A stretch of 64,000 nucleotides of DNA from Neolecta irregularis DAH-3 (lineage: Eukaryota), in assembly GCA_001929475.1 (NCBI GenBank), contig LXFE01000211.1:1-64000 (forward strand), written 5' to 3'. Below the pieces are notes generated by a model. It was not told where the DNA came from and made no database searches. It saw only the letters and a list, made by a program, of their open reading frames with translations. Position numbers and translations under genes: made by a program. Each line of letters starts with the position of its first letter. Positions within the stretch are counted from its first letter, which is position 1. This document shows, piece by piece, positions 28,622 to 40,754 of this stretch.

Positions 28622-31600
28622 ATGTGGCTGGTATCCCAATGTGGCTGGGATCCAGCGACTTTTTTAGATCTCAAGATCAAACTGCACACCAACTCAGCAG
28701 TTTTATCTACGCCTTGGCGCCCGTTGCTGCACCATATGCTGCAGAAGCGTATTACGCTCCAGGAGTTCCTCCAGCTGCTGCAGGAGTCCTACAATGTGTC
28801 TGGAAAATTTCAAGGAACTGCTATAAGCACTGCAATTGCAGCATCATGGGGAGCGTCGATTCTCATCTTCTTACTCTTTTGCTTCTTGAGACCGCGCCAT
28901 AATGTGGTGTATGCTCCTAAGCTCAAGTGCGCTTCCCAGACATTAAAGCCTCAGACATTGACGATCTTATGGGCTCGAAGACAACGAAGAGAAAGCTCCT
29001 CCAAAGGCAGGTACTGGGTTCTTCGACTGGGTCAAACCGGTCTGGTCGTACCAGGAGGATGATCTCTACCACAAAATTGGCGTGGACTCCCTTGTCTTTC
29101 TCCGGTTTCACAGAATGATGAGGATAACTTTCTTCCTATTTGCGGCTCTAGGATGTTTTGTTGTGATCCCTATGAATATCGGCATAAATTTGGGAACAGC
29201 CGTGGGTAGGTCTAAGCGCAACAAAGAGTAATTTTTCCACTAGCCTGTTATGGGATGAGGGCTGATGAAGTAGTCCGTTATCTCTTTGCTCTATCCAGAC
29301 AGTTTCAGGGAATCTCCTGTGGATTTATATTTTATTTGCCTGGCTTTTCATTGCGCTCTTTCTGTGGATTCTCTATGTCAATTATCAAGGAATAATCAGG
29401 CTGAGAACAAAGTATTTTCAGTCCAGTGAATATCAAAATTCTTTACACAGTCGAACACTGCTTGTATACGACATACCACAGGATTTACGAAGCGATGAAG
29501 GTATCATGCGAATCGCTCATGATTACAGTTATGGTCTCGAATTTGTTCAAGCTCAAATTGGAAGAAACGTCAATGATATTCCAGAACTGATTGCTCGACA
29601 CAAAGATGCTATACAGAAGGAGGAGAAAATATTAGCGAAATACCTAAAGAGTATTATCTGTACCATTGCGCAAGCTTAAACATTAGATCCCAACCGACTC
29701 CCCGCAGTGAGACCTACATGTTGCCCAAAAGGTCGCAACGAACATGTCGACGCCATTGACTATTATATGGAGCGAATCCAAGTCCTTGAACAGAAAATCG
29801 AGCTCGAGCGACGTACAATCGATAAGCAGTCTTCGGTATCATATGGTTTCATCTCATATCCCACTATTTCAGATGCTCATGCAGTTGCCAAGGCAAACCG
29901 AAATAAGCATCCCAAAGGAATGACTATAAAGTTATCTCCACGGCCTGAGGATATAATTTGGGATAACATCAAGTAATATACTACTAACCTTAATATATTA
30001 ATTGATAGAAAACCAAAAAGACTTAGAAACCGCAACCGAGCAATCAGTTTTGCGTTTTTCGTCATTCTCTGTCTGGTCTGGCAGATACCCAATTCCCTAA
30101 TATCAACCTTTATTGCTAATCTTTATCTCCTTGGTTCGGTTCGTTTTGTTTTATATGCTTGTACTGATTTCTAGATTTGGCCTGCCTTCCAGACACAGCT
30201 GAATCGTCATCGTAACTTTTGGGCGACTGTGCAGGGTATCGCGAGCCCTGCTCTCGTAGCAACATTTTTCTTGATACTACCGACAATTATGAGACGAATT
30301 ACCAGAAGGGAAGGAATTTTGTCCAAAAGCTCGAGGGAACGTCATGTTGTGCATAAATTATACATCTTTCTGTGAGTACATATCATAGTATACAAGCTTA
30401 CAATACAGGACTTTGAACAATTTTATAATATTCACGATCCTTGGGATGCTTTGGAATTTCGTCGTTCAGATGATTAAGATCACGCGAGATCAACATATTC
30501 CCTTCTTTGAAGCTGTCAAAGATTTTCATCTAATCGACAATCTAGCCTTTTCATTCATGCAAGTCTCGGGCTTCTGGATAACTTATATTATTCAAAGGTC
30601 AGCAAATGTTGTCAGATGTACCGTCTAATATTTTAGAAACCTTAGTTCCTTGTTCGATTTATGCCAACTGGTAAACTTGCTGTGGCTTTCTGTCAAGCCT
30701 CACATCATGACCCTTACGCCGAGAGAAAAGATAGAATTGAGCAGACCCCCAGTGTTTGATTTTGCATCATATTACAATTACGTATTTGCTCTCCCAGATA
30801 TACCCTCTAACATCATTCGTAGTCACTCTTCTATACTACAGTCAGTATATGCTATGCGCTAATACAGCCTCTTATACTGCCGTTCGCGTTGGTCTATTTC
30901 TCCATTGCTTGCATGACATATAAATATTGTCTTATGTATATCTTTAGCACAAAAGTGGAAACAGGCGGTGGTTTTTGGCGAGTATGGTCCATAATTAAAC
31001 TTCTTCTGATTTTATAGGTTTTGTTCAACCGCATAATATTTGCTTTATGTCTTATGGTAGCCATTTATTTCGCGGTTATATGGGTAGGCTTACTCGTAAT
31101 ATATTCGCTAAATTTGCAGAACCAATACGATTTCCTACATGCTGCGTTCATTTTACCTTTGGGTGTCATCATCATTATATTTAAAATCTATTGTCTACGA
31201 ACCTTTGATCCTCTCTTGGATTTTTATCTTACCGGTCAAAAAAGACCCGGCGACAGTGGATATACACTCCCAGTTGCCAAATCAGGCTCAGACGACCGGC
31301 GAAATCGTCTACAGAAAAGATTTGGCCATCCGGCACTTAGCGAAAGGCTTTGGACTCCAATGGTTGCTTCGAATGCTCGAGCAGTATTGCCGCATGTTTA
31401 CAGAGGGCGTGTTAGTGACATCGAAGACAATGAAAATTTTATGTCTGGCCGAAAAGGAGGAATAGATGGAAAATTCGAATTAGTTGAGGAGCGTAACATG
31501 GATTTCCAAGCATTTCACAACCGTGAGGATTTTGGCGCAGTGAATTCGGATTATACAACGACTGAGCCCCCAAGTCGAACTGGAACGCCTTTCAATGAAA

Positions 31601-31938
31601 CACTCTATGGTGGATTTCGAGATATGAGCCCTCATCCTGATTACTTGCATCCGAGTCGGGGCGGTACCCCCTTTGAAGGAACACCTCGGTCAGGTATATC
31701 TCAGCAAGACGACACATATTTCGCGCGTGGATTTCCACAGCATGACAGAGCCAACACCACGGGTAGCGAGGGGTTTTATCCTCAACAAAACTTTTCGTCT
31801 TCTGGACTTGATGTCGTATATCAGACTCAGACAGGTCACTCTGACCTTACTCACCTTCTTAACGAAAATATGCCAAGGCCACAAAATCGAGAGGGGGATA
31901 GGAGAAACAATCAATATCGCAGACACAGGCAACGCTGA
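28622..31938 (+). CDS. CSC1/RSN1 (OSCA/TMEM63) family calcium-permeable stress-gated channel, about 11 exons; start uncertain (28622 or 28736)
   Basis: LFCFLRPRHNVVYAPKLK, GVDSLVFLRF, SLHSRTLL, VDAIDYY, SPRPEDIIWDN, PVFDFASYYNY, ETGGGFW, FGHPAL. Confidence 0.88.
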
Positions 31939-32093
31939 GCAGATTTTTGATAAAGATGTAATACGTATATCACTGGATAATATAGAGGCTAGGCACAAGG
32001 TATGCTATGGAACTGAATGGGACAATGATTCTGTTGTTGTAAACTGTTATACATGTGTAATAAATATACAACGAATAAGCTTTTTGCTTCAGC

Positions 32094-33199
32094 TTAAAGC
32101 TCGCCCTCAGACTTCTCTTCGTCTTTATCAGGAAGAACGAGCGTATTACTGCGAGATATCCGATCCCTTGAAGATCTATGATTGGCTACGTCACGGCCAT
32201 TTGAAATTCCGTTGTAATGAGAAATATCATTATTCTCTACTGTTCGTGGCCGTTTGTTCATGTCTGAATTGTCTTGATTTGGTGGCCTCGGACTGGCAAT
32301 ATACTTTTGCTCAACATTTTTGATGGGTAAACTTTCATATAGGTCAGCCATTACATGACAAGCTTCTGCTCATCAGTTAGTTGACTTAGAATGATTCACC
32401 ACCTCTGATATCGTCCAGGTCTGCAGCCATTACCTCCCACCACTTCTGATTCCCCTGATAATCGACAGGAATACTTGTATGTTTCGATGCAAAATAGAAG
32501 GCAGCAGCCGCGACGGTATTCGGACGATACATCACACACAACATCGTTCGTACACTTTATGTCATTGATCACTGCTTGCCCAAATTTCGAATACTCACCT
32601 ATCATTCAAGAAAGCCCAAGCACTCCTAGCGACTTCTTTCGGCACATTCAATTCTTTCACGTATTTTATCACGATATCATACGGATGAGTAATCGTGAGA
32701 TCGAAACACACAGATTCTAAAACGAGTTCTTCCGTGTATGCTATCACTTCCTTCCACCTCCAGTATTCTGTCGATTCGTCAGTAACTTCGAGGGTTGGAT
32801 TTTTTTGGGCGACACGGACGCAGGATATTACAAAATCTCGAGTTTTTCGTCCTGTTTCTTCAACTTTCGTTGCGAGAAATAAACACGTAGCACCGATTTC
32901 CTATAGATCAAAAATTTAGAAATATACGGCCCTACGTAGCAGTGATACTCTTTAAGCGAATACCGCATATAAAATCTGTGAAGGAACACCGTTGCGGTTG
33001 CCAATGTCATCTGAGGTCTACGATAATTCAGTAAATTCCTTTCCAGTCGCTGATACAAATGAAGCGGAATTCCCACTTGCAGTATGAAATTACAACCTTT
33101 CCCGCGTTCTAGACGTTCTTGTTCGACAGTGTACCGGTGTTTCGAGATCGAAGGGGTATTCTGCAGTTCTTCCTTTCGGAAATACCACCGATTCACCAT
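32094..33199 (-). CDS. pch1: Cyclin T/K family transcriptional cyclin, 5 exons
   Basis: WYFRKEELQNTPS, ERGKGCNFILQVG, PQMTLATATVFLHRFYMRYS, FLATKVEE, AWAFLNDS. Confidence 0.88.
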
Positions 33200-33976
33200 A
33201 TCCAGGGAGTTCCAAAGATGATCTATAGTGCTATACGGACAAGCTATTGATGATTAATTAATTAGTGAAGATGGCATGGACAAGTTGTCGATGGGTGTTT
33301 AGATCGAATTTATCGTATGAAACCAGCCTCCTACCCACAACTGAAACATTCGGCTAAGACCTATCTGGAAATATATGAATATATCCACTACATAAAAGTA
33401 TTCAGCGTCATGGATTCCTCGTCTGTATTGTTGGGTTACGTCGAACCATTGTCTTCTACCAACATAACTTCCCATGTTTTCTTGGGATCAGTCTCATGCC
33501 AATCAGTGTGTCGTACTCTTGGACTACTTCCCACACTATGGTCACTAACATAGCAAGACCTGCATCGCCTCAGTTTAGATATCACATTATCGCCCACAGT
33601 CCTTATCTTTCATCTTCAACTGGGTCCACGCCCCTTACAGTCCCTGAGTTCATCAACCAGTCGGAAAGAGGGAGAGCCTCATCCTATGGCAGTCGTTTAC
33701 CCTGGAGTATCCTCAGTCATCGGGAGTATGCAGATGCCTGAGGAGTCGCTAGGTAGCTTTCAGGGGTTGATGATTACCTGTTTCCCTTTTGGTCTCAAAA
33801 CAAGTTCAAAGCCAATTTCACTCGGTTAATTGCACCTATTCTCGCAATCTCTGACTCTACGAAAGAAGCTAAAAACTAAAAAAGGGAATTTAGTGCTTCC
33901 AAAAGAGCAGAATGGACTGTCGGTTTCTCTTTGCTGCTAAAATTCCACGTTACTTCCTCGTTGTCAGCTCTTCGCC

Positions 33977-34100
33977 AAGTGTTGAAGCTCGGTCACAAAT
34001 AAGACCAGGTTATATTTCCTAATCTAAGATAAGTGGACCATAGAGCTTAGATTAAATATGTCCTCTTTCTGCCTTCATATACTTCTAATCTAATTGCCCG
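33977..34100 (+). repeat. Copy 2 (left part) of the duplicated segment, interrupted by the MITE at 34101 and resuming at about 34674
   Basis: Matches 27513-27635; contains the perfect inverted repeat TAATCTAAG...CTTAGATTA. Confidence 0.75.
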
Positions 34101-34673
34101 TAAGCTGGGCGGCGTACGATGCGACACCACCCTCCTTCCGACACCTTGCCGAAAAAAATATAAATTCCCAAAACCTAAATTTCTCCAAAACCACTGATTA
34201 AAAATGGAAACTAATGAGCAAATGGTACAATTAGATATCACAGATTTAGAAAATGCAAGATTTAATTATAAAAATGTATATGGAATCCTGTGTTTCAGTT
34301 TCACCCAACGTCTCACAAATCACCACACAAGCCATGAAATTTACATAAATTTACATCAATACAAGAACAATTCCTTGTTCAATTGATCCTTGAGCTGGAT
34401 ATGCAAGGACATCCTCTATCTCATGCACAAATTTGAGAAATAGAAGCTTGAATTGTTACTATAAACTGGTGACAGGATTCCATATACAGCTGTAGCTGCT
34501 TTTTTATAATTAAATCTTGCATTTTCTAAATCTGTGATATCTAATTGTACCATTTGCTCATTAGTTTCCATTTTTAATCTGTGGTGTTGGAGAAATTTAG
34601 GTTTTGGGAATTTATATATTTTCGGCAAGGTGTCGGAAGGAGGGGGGTGTCGCATCGTACGCCGCCCAGCTTA
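34101..34673. mobile_element. Non-autonomous MITE/foldback element with about 190-200 bp terminal inverted repeats, flanked by TA
   Basis: 34101-34291 is the near-perfect reverse complement of 34472-34673 (ends TA|AGCTGGGCGGCGTACGATGCGACA ... TGTCGCATCGTACGCCGCCCAGCT|TA); about 180-bp spacer; no transposase. Confidence 0.88.
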
Positions 34674-34745
34674 TATTATTATATGCCACCGCTGCATTTG
34701 TAACATATACTCCGGGTATATCGTTACATCTTCTCTCTTAATACA

Positions 34746-35924
34746 ATGCCTCAACTTGATCATCCGAGCCTTCATGCCGAGCCTCCTCATAACGTTATGC
34801 CGCCTAAGTCGAATACCATAAGGCGACATTTGCCAGCAACGGTCGAGGGTGGAGCCACTTATTCTCTTATTAGTTACGAAACCCCAGACGTTCGAGCGCA
34901 CTCAATCTCGCACTGGCGCCTTCTACTCGAGCACAAGAGACCACGATGGTTTGCATGTTTATCGGAACTGACTGTTTCTAATACCAAAGGCTGCGGGAAA
35001 TGGTCGCTGAAGCATTTGGAGTATTCTCCTTCGTCTACTCAGGTGTAGGCGCCAACGCCTCATTCGCGGTTCAGGAGACTAATGAACCCGGCAAGATATT
35101 CACAATTGGGCTTGCATTTGCTCTGTCGCTTGCCTTTGCTGTTATTGTTGCCGGCCATGTCTCTGGGGGCCATTTCAATCCCGCTATTACTTTATCGTTT
35201 GCCATTTTTCGAAACTTTCCATGGAAGAAAGTCCCACGATATATTCTCGCACAGACTGTGGGTGCTTTTGTAGCTGCTGTTTTAGTTTTCGCACAATATC
35301 ATCAGAAGATTGTGGAATTTGAAAATAGAGTAAAGGCTTCTGGAGGATCCTTTGTCACATCATCTGGACCTGCAGGTAGAATCCAATTAAGAATAATTAT
35401 CTGATTTCATTCAGCCATCTTCTGTCCTATACCACAGCCTGACCAGACATTCGGCTATCTCTTAATGAACGAATATTTTGTAGTCACCATTCTCGTAGCC
35501 TCCCCTCGTTATTATCTTCCTAAAGGAACAGAGTATATCATTATGGGCCATAGTAGATCCTGCAAATCCTTTCGTTTCTCCTAGCAGCGTTCCATTCGCC
35601 CTTGGTTTGGTATATGCGCATCTTATTTGGTGCTTCGCCCCGCTCACTATTTGCACGTATACTGCAACTTCATAGATCTGACCGTCAAAGCTACCAATTT
35701 CGCACGAGATCTCGGGCCGCGCATGTTTACAGCCATTATTTACGGGAGGGAGGTTTTCACATATAAATCTTATGCATAGTACCTTTGACGTATCTGCAAA
35801 TTCTAATCTCGAGCATATCAGTTTTGGTGAATATTCCAGCGACCATCATAGGGGTTGGGATTTACGAATTGTTCTTCAAAGGTATTGTTCTTCTTGCGCA
35901 GAATTTAATTCTGCAGATAATTAG
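34746..35924 (+). CDS. Aquaglyceroporin (MIP family), 7 exons
   Basis: LREMVAEAFG, VSGGHFNPAIT, FPWKKVPRYILAQ; second box TNFARDLGPR with the Asp typical of glyceroporins. Confidence 0.9.
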
Positions 35925-35973
35925 AGCCATGGGAGCCATTAGACCAGGAGATTCGTTTTACTCAACAATTATC

Positions 35974-37562
35974 TCATATCTGCTTAATGACCTCCTCTCG
36001 ACCCATATTTGTTATTCTCAATTTGCTCCGGAAATCGTCCATTTCAACATATGCACCGCACAACCTGCGATTTCCCGTAAAGGCAGACCGTCCATGTAAT
36101 ACCCTCCAATTATTGAAAACTATGGAGATTAGTAATACAGATGGTGAAATGACATGCTCAGTGCTCGGCCTGGTCTTAGCTGTTCCCAAAACTCATTTTC
36201 CTTCATCGTCAGTACAGTGTCCCACTTCTTAATTGCATTATAGAATTCTTCAACGCTTTCACCCTCACCCCAGAAATTCATGGTTGACCGATCGTTATTG
36301 TTCCATCTAATTTGATACAAATCAGCGGTAGTAGGATCATGATTCAGCACTGGAAGTCCGTAATCTACACTAGGTTGGATGCAAACATTCTCATCTCCTG
36401 CACTGTGTGTCGGTATCCTAATTTTGGATAAAAGTTTGTAGGCATCTGGATGTTGTTCCCGTAAAACTTTGGCAGCTCGGAAGCCATCTACTAATAGGGA
36501 TTCTCCACCCCTGCCGTCGAACTCTAGAAGATGAAATATCTGTAAACCTGCGGGTTGCGTGAAGTACCTTTAACAGATTAGGGCCTGAATAGACTGAGAA
36601 ATACGTTGTGTCTGTATGTGCTTTCAAAGCCAATGTTGTGTAGGCTGTGTCCTTATGATCAAGATTGCTGGTAAAATCCCAGAACCCGCCATAATGGGTA
36701 GGTTTAACGAACGCTATCCTTTCAACTAGTTTTTGTGTAGCTTCTGGAGTCGATGGAACGCCATCAATGAAAGAAAAGCCGTATCCTTCCTAAAGTATCA
36801 CTGGGTGATACCAACCCATAAGATACGATATTAGCTGTCCACTTGGCGACACCAGCATCCGAGACCATTACTTCCTTATAATCAGCAGTAGGAGGAGATT
36901 CCATAATTTCGGATCCCCACAAGTGAAGACTAAGAAATCAGGCAAATAATGTTGCAAAATTTGTATACGGCCGAGTTTTCTTCTTCTCCAAACGAGGTCT
37001 ATATGAATGCCTATATAACCAGTCCCATGGGTATATGCTCGTATGCACATTTTTCTGCCCTGTATCTCTTAAATCGATCTCTCTGATGGAAGGCTTACAT
37101 TTTATCCGCAATCCTTCCTCTGAGTTTTCTATTTCCTGAGGCTTGATATCCAATGGAATCTTCTGGATCAATCAAAAGTCTACCATAGGAAATATACGCT
37201 AAAAGTATCGAGAAGCCTTTGCAGAGTCTGCTGGTGAAAACATTCGGAACATCGACAATGATCTCTTAACCAGATATGATGACTCGGGGTTAATCCCAAT
37301 TGAAGATACCAATATACAATGAACTTGTCCTTCCCTCCTCCCAAGGTATGTGCACATTTCGATCGTCTATCGATATTTGATGTAGTCTAGAAGGTCTTGC
37401 ATTTGACATAAAAGCAGACTTCAAAAATTAGTACTTTGTATAATGAAGTTCACCTGAGACAATGTGCGCTTTGCGGGATACTGGCTACCAGAAAGAAATG
37501 ACTTTTGATGGGGACTTAACGCAAGAGTCCTGATATTTTTCCCCGTTTGAAGTGAAAAACAT
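35974..37562 (-). CDS. Trimethyllysine dioxygenase (TMLHE/BBOX family, carnitine biosynthesis), about 9 exons
   Basis: HIWLRDHCRCSECFHQQTLQRL, THYGGFWDFT, AHTDTTYFTQPAGLQ, IRWNNNDR, FNNWRVLHGRSAFTGNRRLCGAY. Confidence 0.92.
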
Positions 37563-37706
37563 GGATGCAATGTTCGTACGTTTAGTCTCATCGATATTTT
37601 TTCTTTAAATACTTGCGGGTGGTGTATGGAAGGCTATCAGTATTGAGACAACCTCCGCAATTTATCTTCGACCAACCACTCTCTGCTCGTTTGGAGTCAA
37701 CAGAAG

Positions 37707-38940
37707 ATGTCGGATTTCTTAAGGAAGTATATCAGAGATCTGGCCATTGCTATCCCAACTACCTTTGCGATCTATGTGCTTATGAAGTACGCCGTAGCGG
37801 CTCTTGATCCTGACAGCCAAAAAAAGTCAGAGGCAAAGAATAAAAGTAAAGCTATCCTGAAACGTATCGCACAGTCGAGGAATGATTTGGCCTTGAATGA
37901 CTACGAAGAGATAGTAGCCGGGGAAGTAATCGTTCCGGAGGATATCAACATTAAGTTTAATGGCACGTGTGTTATCCATACAAGACTCATTTTTGAAGAT
38001 ATCGGAGGGCTCGACGATATTATCGACAGCTTGAAGGAGAGCGTCATATATCCGCTCATGTACCCACAACTTTTCAGAACTGCTTCAGGGCTTATTGGAT
38101 CACCGAAAGGAGTCCTGCTATATGGACCGCCTGGTATATGACCTGGTTACTCGCTCAGTGTATTCATGAATAGGTTGCGGGAAAACAATGCTTGCCAAAG
38201 CCCTCGCTGCAGAATCAGGAGCTACATTCATTAATATGCATGTGTCCACATTAACGGATAAATGGTTTGGGGAATCTAATAAACTTGTTTCCGCTTTGTT
38301 CTCTCTTGCAAAGAAGCTACAACCTACAATCATCTTCATCGATGAGATCGATAGTTTTCTACGCGAGCGATCAAAGAACGATTTCGAGGTGACTGGAATG
38401 ATGAAAGCAGAGTTTATGAGGTTCATTCACATCTCTTACGATTTACTTATAGGACAGTCTTTGGGACGGATTAATGACTGGGGATGATTTGCAGATCATG
38501 GTTCTTGGAGCTACAAATCGTCCCTATGATATCGATAAGGCTATCCTAAGACGAATGCCGAAGCAATTCTCTGTAAAGCTACCAGATATGGCTCAACGGA
38601 AGAGGATACTCGAATTGGTAAATATTCTTGTTCTCCGGGCTGAGATTAGATGCTTCGGAATTCTTTGCTTGAGGAAAGCTTCCCTCTTGACTCCCTCGTT
38701 ATGCGAACTACAGGTCTCTCTGGATCCGACATCAAAGAGATTGTTCGGAACGCAGCTATGGCTCCTCTCCGCGAATTTGTAAGGCAAAAAGGTGCTTCAA
38801 GAGAAGAACTTGCTAAGGCTGCTGCAGAAGGGATTGAACTTCGGCCTTTGGCGATCAATGACTTTCATGTCAATACGATAGTCAATGGAGTAGTGGATTC
38901 CGGCTATACATCGCCACCGCTGGTTGAGCAATGTGATTGA
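37707..38940 (+). CDS. MSP1: Msp1/ATAD1 membrane-anchored AAA ATPase, 5 exons
   Basis: N-terminal [75 protein letters not shown]. Confidence 0.95.
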
Positions 38941-39115
38941 CCCATGATTACATAGGCCTTGGTCGCATTTGTTGAGGTTGTTTTTGGCATTTTCATGCAA
39001 TGATATTATATGTAGAATACAAATAGGTAGAGGTTTGGTAGGTTTGCGTCAAGAGTGACCATCGGGCACACGTGTTGACATATTTGATTCCCGACGAAAC
39101 ATTCTGCTTTTGCTA

Positions 39116-40574
39116 ATGGAAGATTCAGGTAAAACAGAAGCTAGATCTAGCTGGACGGTATGCGTTCCGATCTGCTACAGTATCATATTGACTGGATCGA
39201 AGGGATTTTTGAAAACACTTTCCACATTCACTGGTGATCTTTCGCAACTCACAGCCCCATCTTTTATCCTTTCTGGAACAAGTCTCTTGGAATATAGCGC
39301 CTACTGGGTTTGTGACTGGAAAGTGATCATTCAAGTTTTAATATGAGAAAGGCCGAACATCCGAACCTCTTCGCTCAGGCTGCAAAGGAATCCGATGAAG
39401 AAAGGCGAGCTTTGGCTGTACTGAAGTGGTTCCTAGCGACCCTAAAGGGACAGTTTGCTGCTCGCAATGAAACTGTGTGTCATTATCATACCCATGCTAA
39501 GCCTTTTAGTCCGGGAGGTACTAAATTAACGTTCACTTAACCGATCTCAGAATGTTTAGTGAAAAGAAGCCATTGAACCCTGTCCTCGGCGAAATTTTTC
39601 ATGGATCGTGGGCAGCACATGGCGATGTTGGTGAGACTGTTCTCCTAGCCGAGCAGGTCTCTCATCATCCCCCGATTGCTGGTTTTTGCCACACACTGTC
39701 ATGAGAAATCTGACATCCAGCTTATAAAATCCAAAACAAGAAAGCTGGCGTCATTTATCGAGGATTCAACGGACAGAAAAGCGGATTCACCGGTCGAACT
39801 ATTAGCGTTAAGCAAGTGGGTCATGGGATCTATCATCTTGATCAACAGAAAGAAGATTACCTCATTACTTTTCCCAATCTCAGGCTTGAGGGACTTCTTT
39901 TTATGGCTCCATATGTCGAACTGAGCGGTTCATCATATATTGTTTCATCAACCGGGTATGTAGCTACCATTGACTATTCTGGTCGGGGTTGGCTTAGCGG
40001 CATCAAAAATTCGTTCACTGCTACATTGAGTAAAGAGTCGGGTGGTCTTAAGGGCGCAACTTTGCATACTATTAGCGGTGTCTGGACTGGGAGCTCGAAA
40101 ATCAGGAATGAAATGACCAAGAAGGAAACTCCTTTTTGGGATTCCTCAACTAATGCACCTCGACATTTGAATGTTGAGCCCCTCTTGGTAGAGTTTTCTA
40201 TGTATTTATTGTCTGACGTACTAGAAACAAGAAAGATATAATTCGCGACTGTTGTGGGAAAAAGTTGCGAAAGCACTTGCTGCAGGCGACTTTGATCTTG
40301 CAGGTTCTTGGAGTTTGTACGAAAGAAGCTGATTATATTTAAGGCAAGGAGAAGTCCGAGATTGAGAACTGGCAACGAAATCTGCGCAAAGAGGAGAGGG
40401 GGAGAAATGAGCCATGGGTACAGCGTTACTTCGAATGGGTTGAACTCGAGCCCATATCATCGAAATTGGTATGTCGATATTCACCTCCATTGTTCTGAAT
40501 ATTTCCAGTCGAAATTTCTACCGGCCAAGAATTCCGAAGAGAGTAGCTTCAGCAATGCCTGGATACCCAAGTAG
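39116..40574 (+). CDS. KES1: Oxysterol-binding protein, Kes1/Osh4-like, about 9 exons
   Basis: [65 protein letters not shown]. Confidence 0.92.
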
Positions 40575-40754
40575 AACGATAATTCGTAGATCGTCTTCTT
40601 GTCATATGCTAGTAATATTTAAATCCAAGACACTACTATCGTAGTATAACTTTCTTAGATAATCAAATTGTGTGGCGCCCCTATATGCCTATTCAGGAAT
40701 TTCTAGAGTGTTGCAACTCCTCCACCCCATTAATTGTGGCCACGATTCATAACG

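Noticed and set aside
31673-32323. 216-aa plus-strand ORF
   Set aside because: Alternate frame of the CSC1 tail running antisense into the cyclin gene; not protein-like.
33317-33741. Two overlapping ~80-aa ORFs upstream of the cyclin gene
   Set aside because: No recognisable homology or reliable splice path.
34047-34821. Mirror-image ORFs (METNEQMVQLDITDLENARFNYK)
   Set aside because: By-products of the MITE inverted repeats; no transposase motif.
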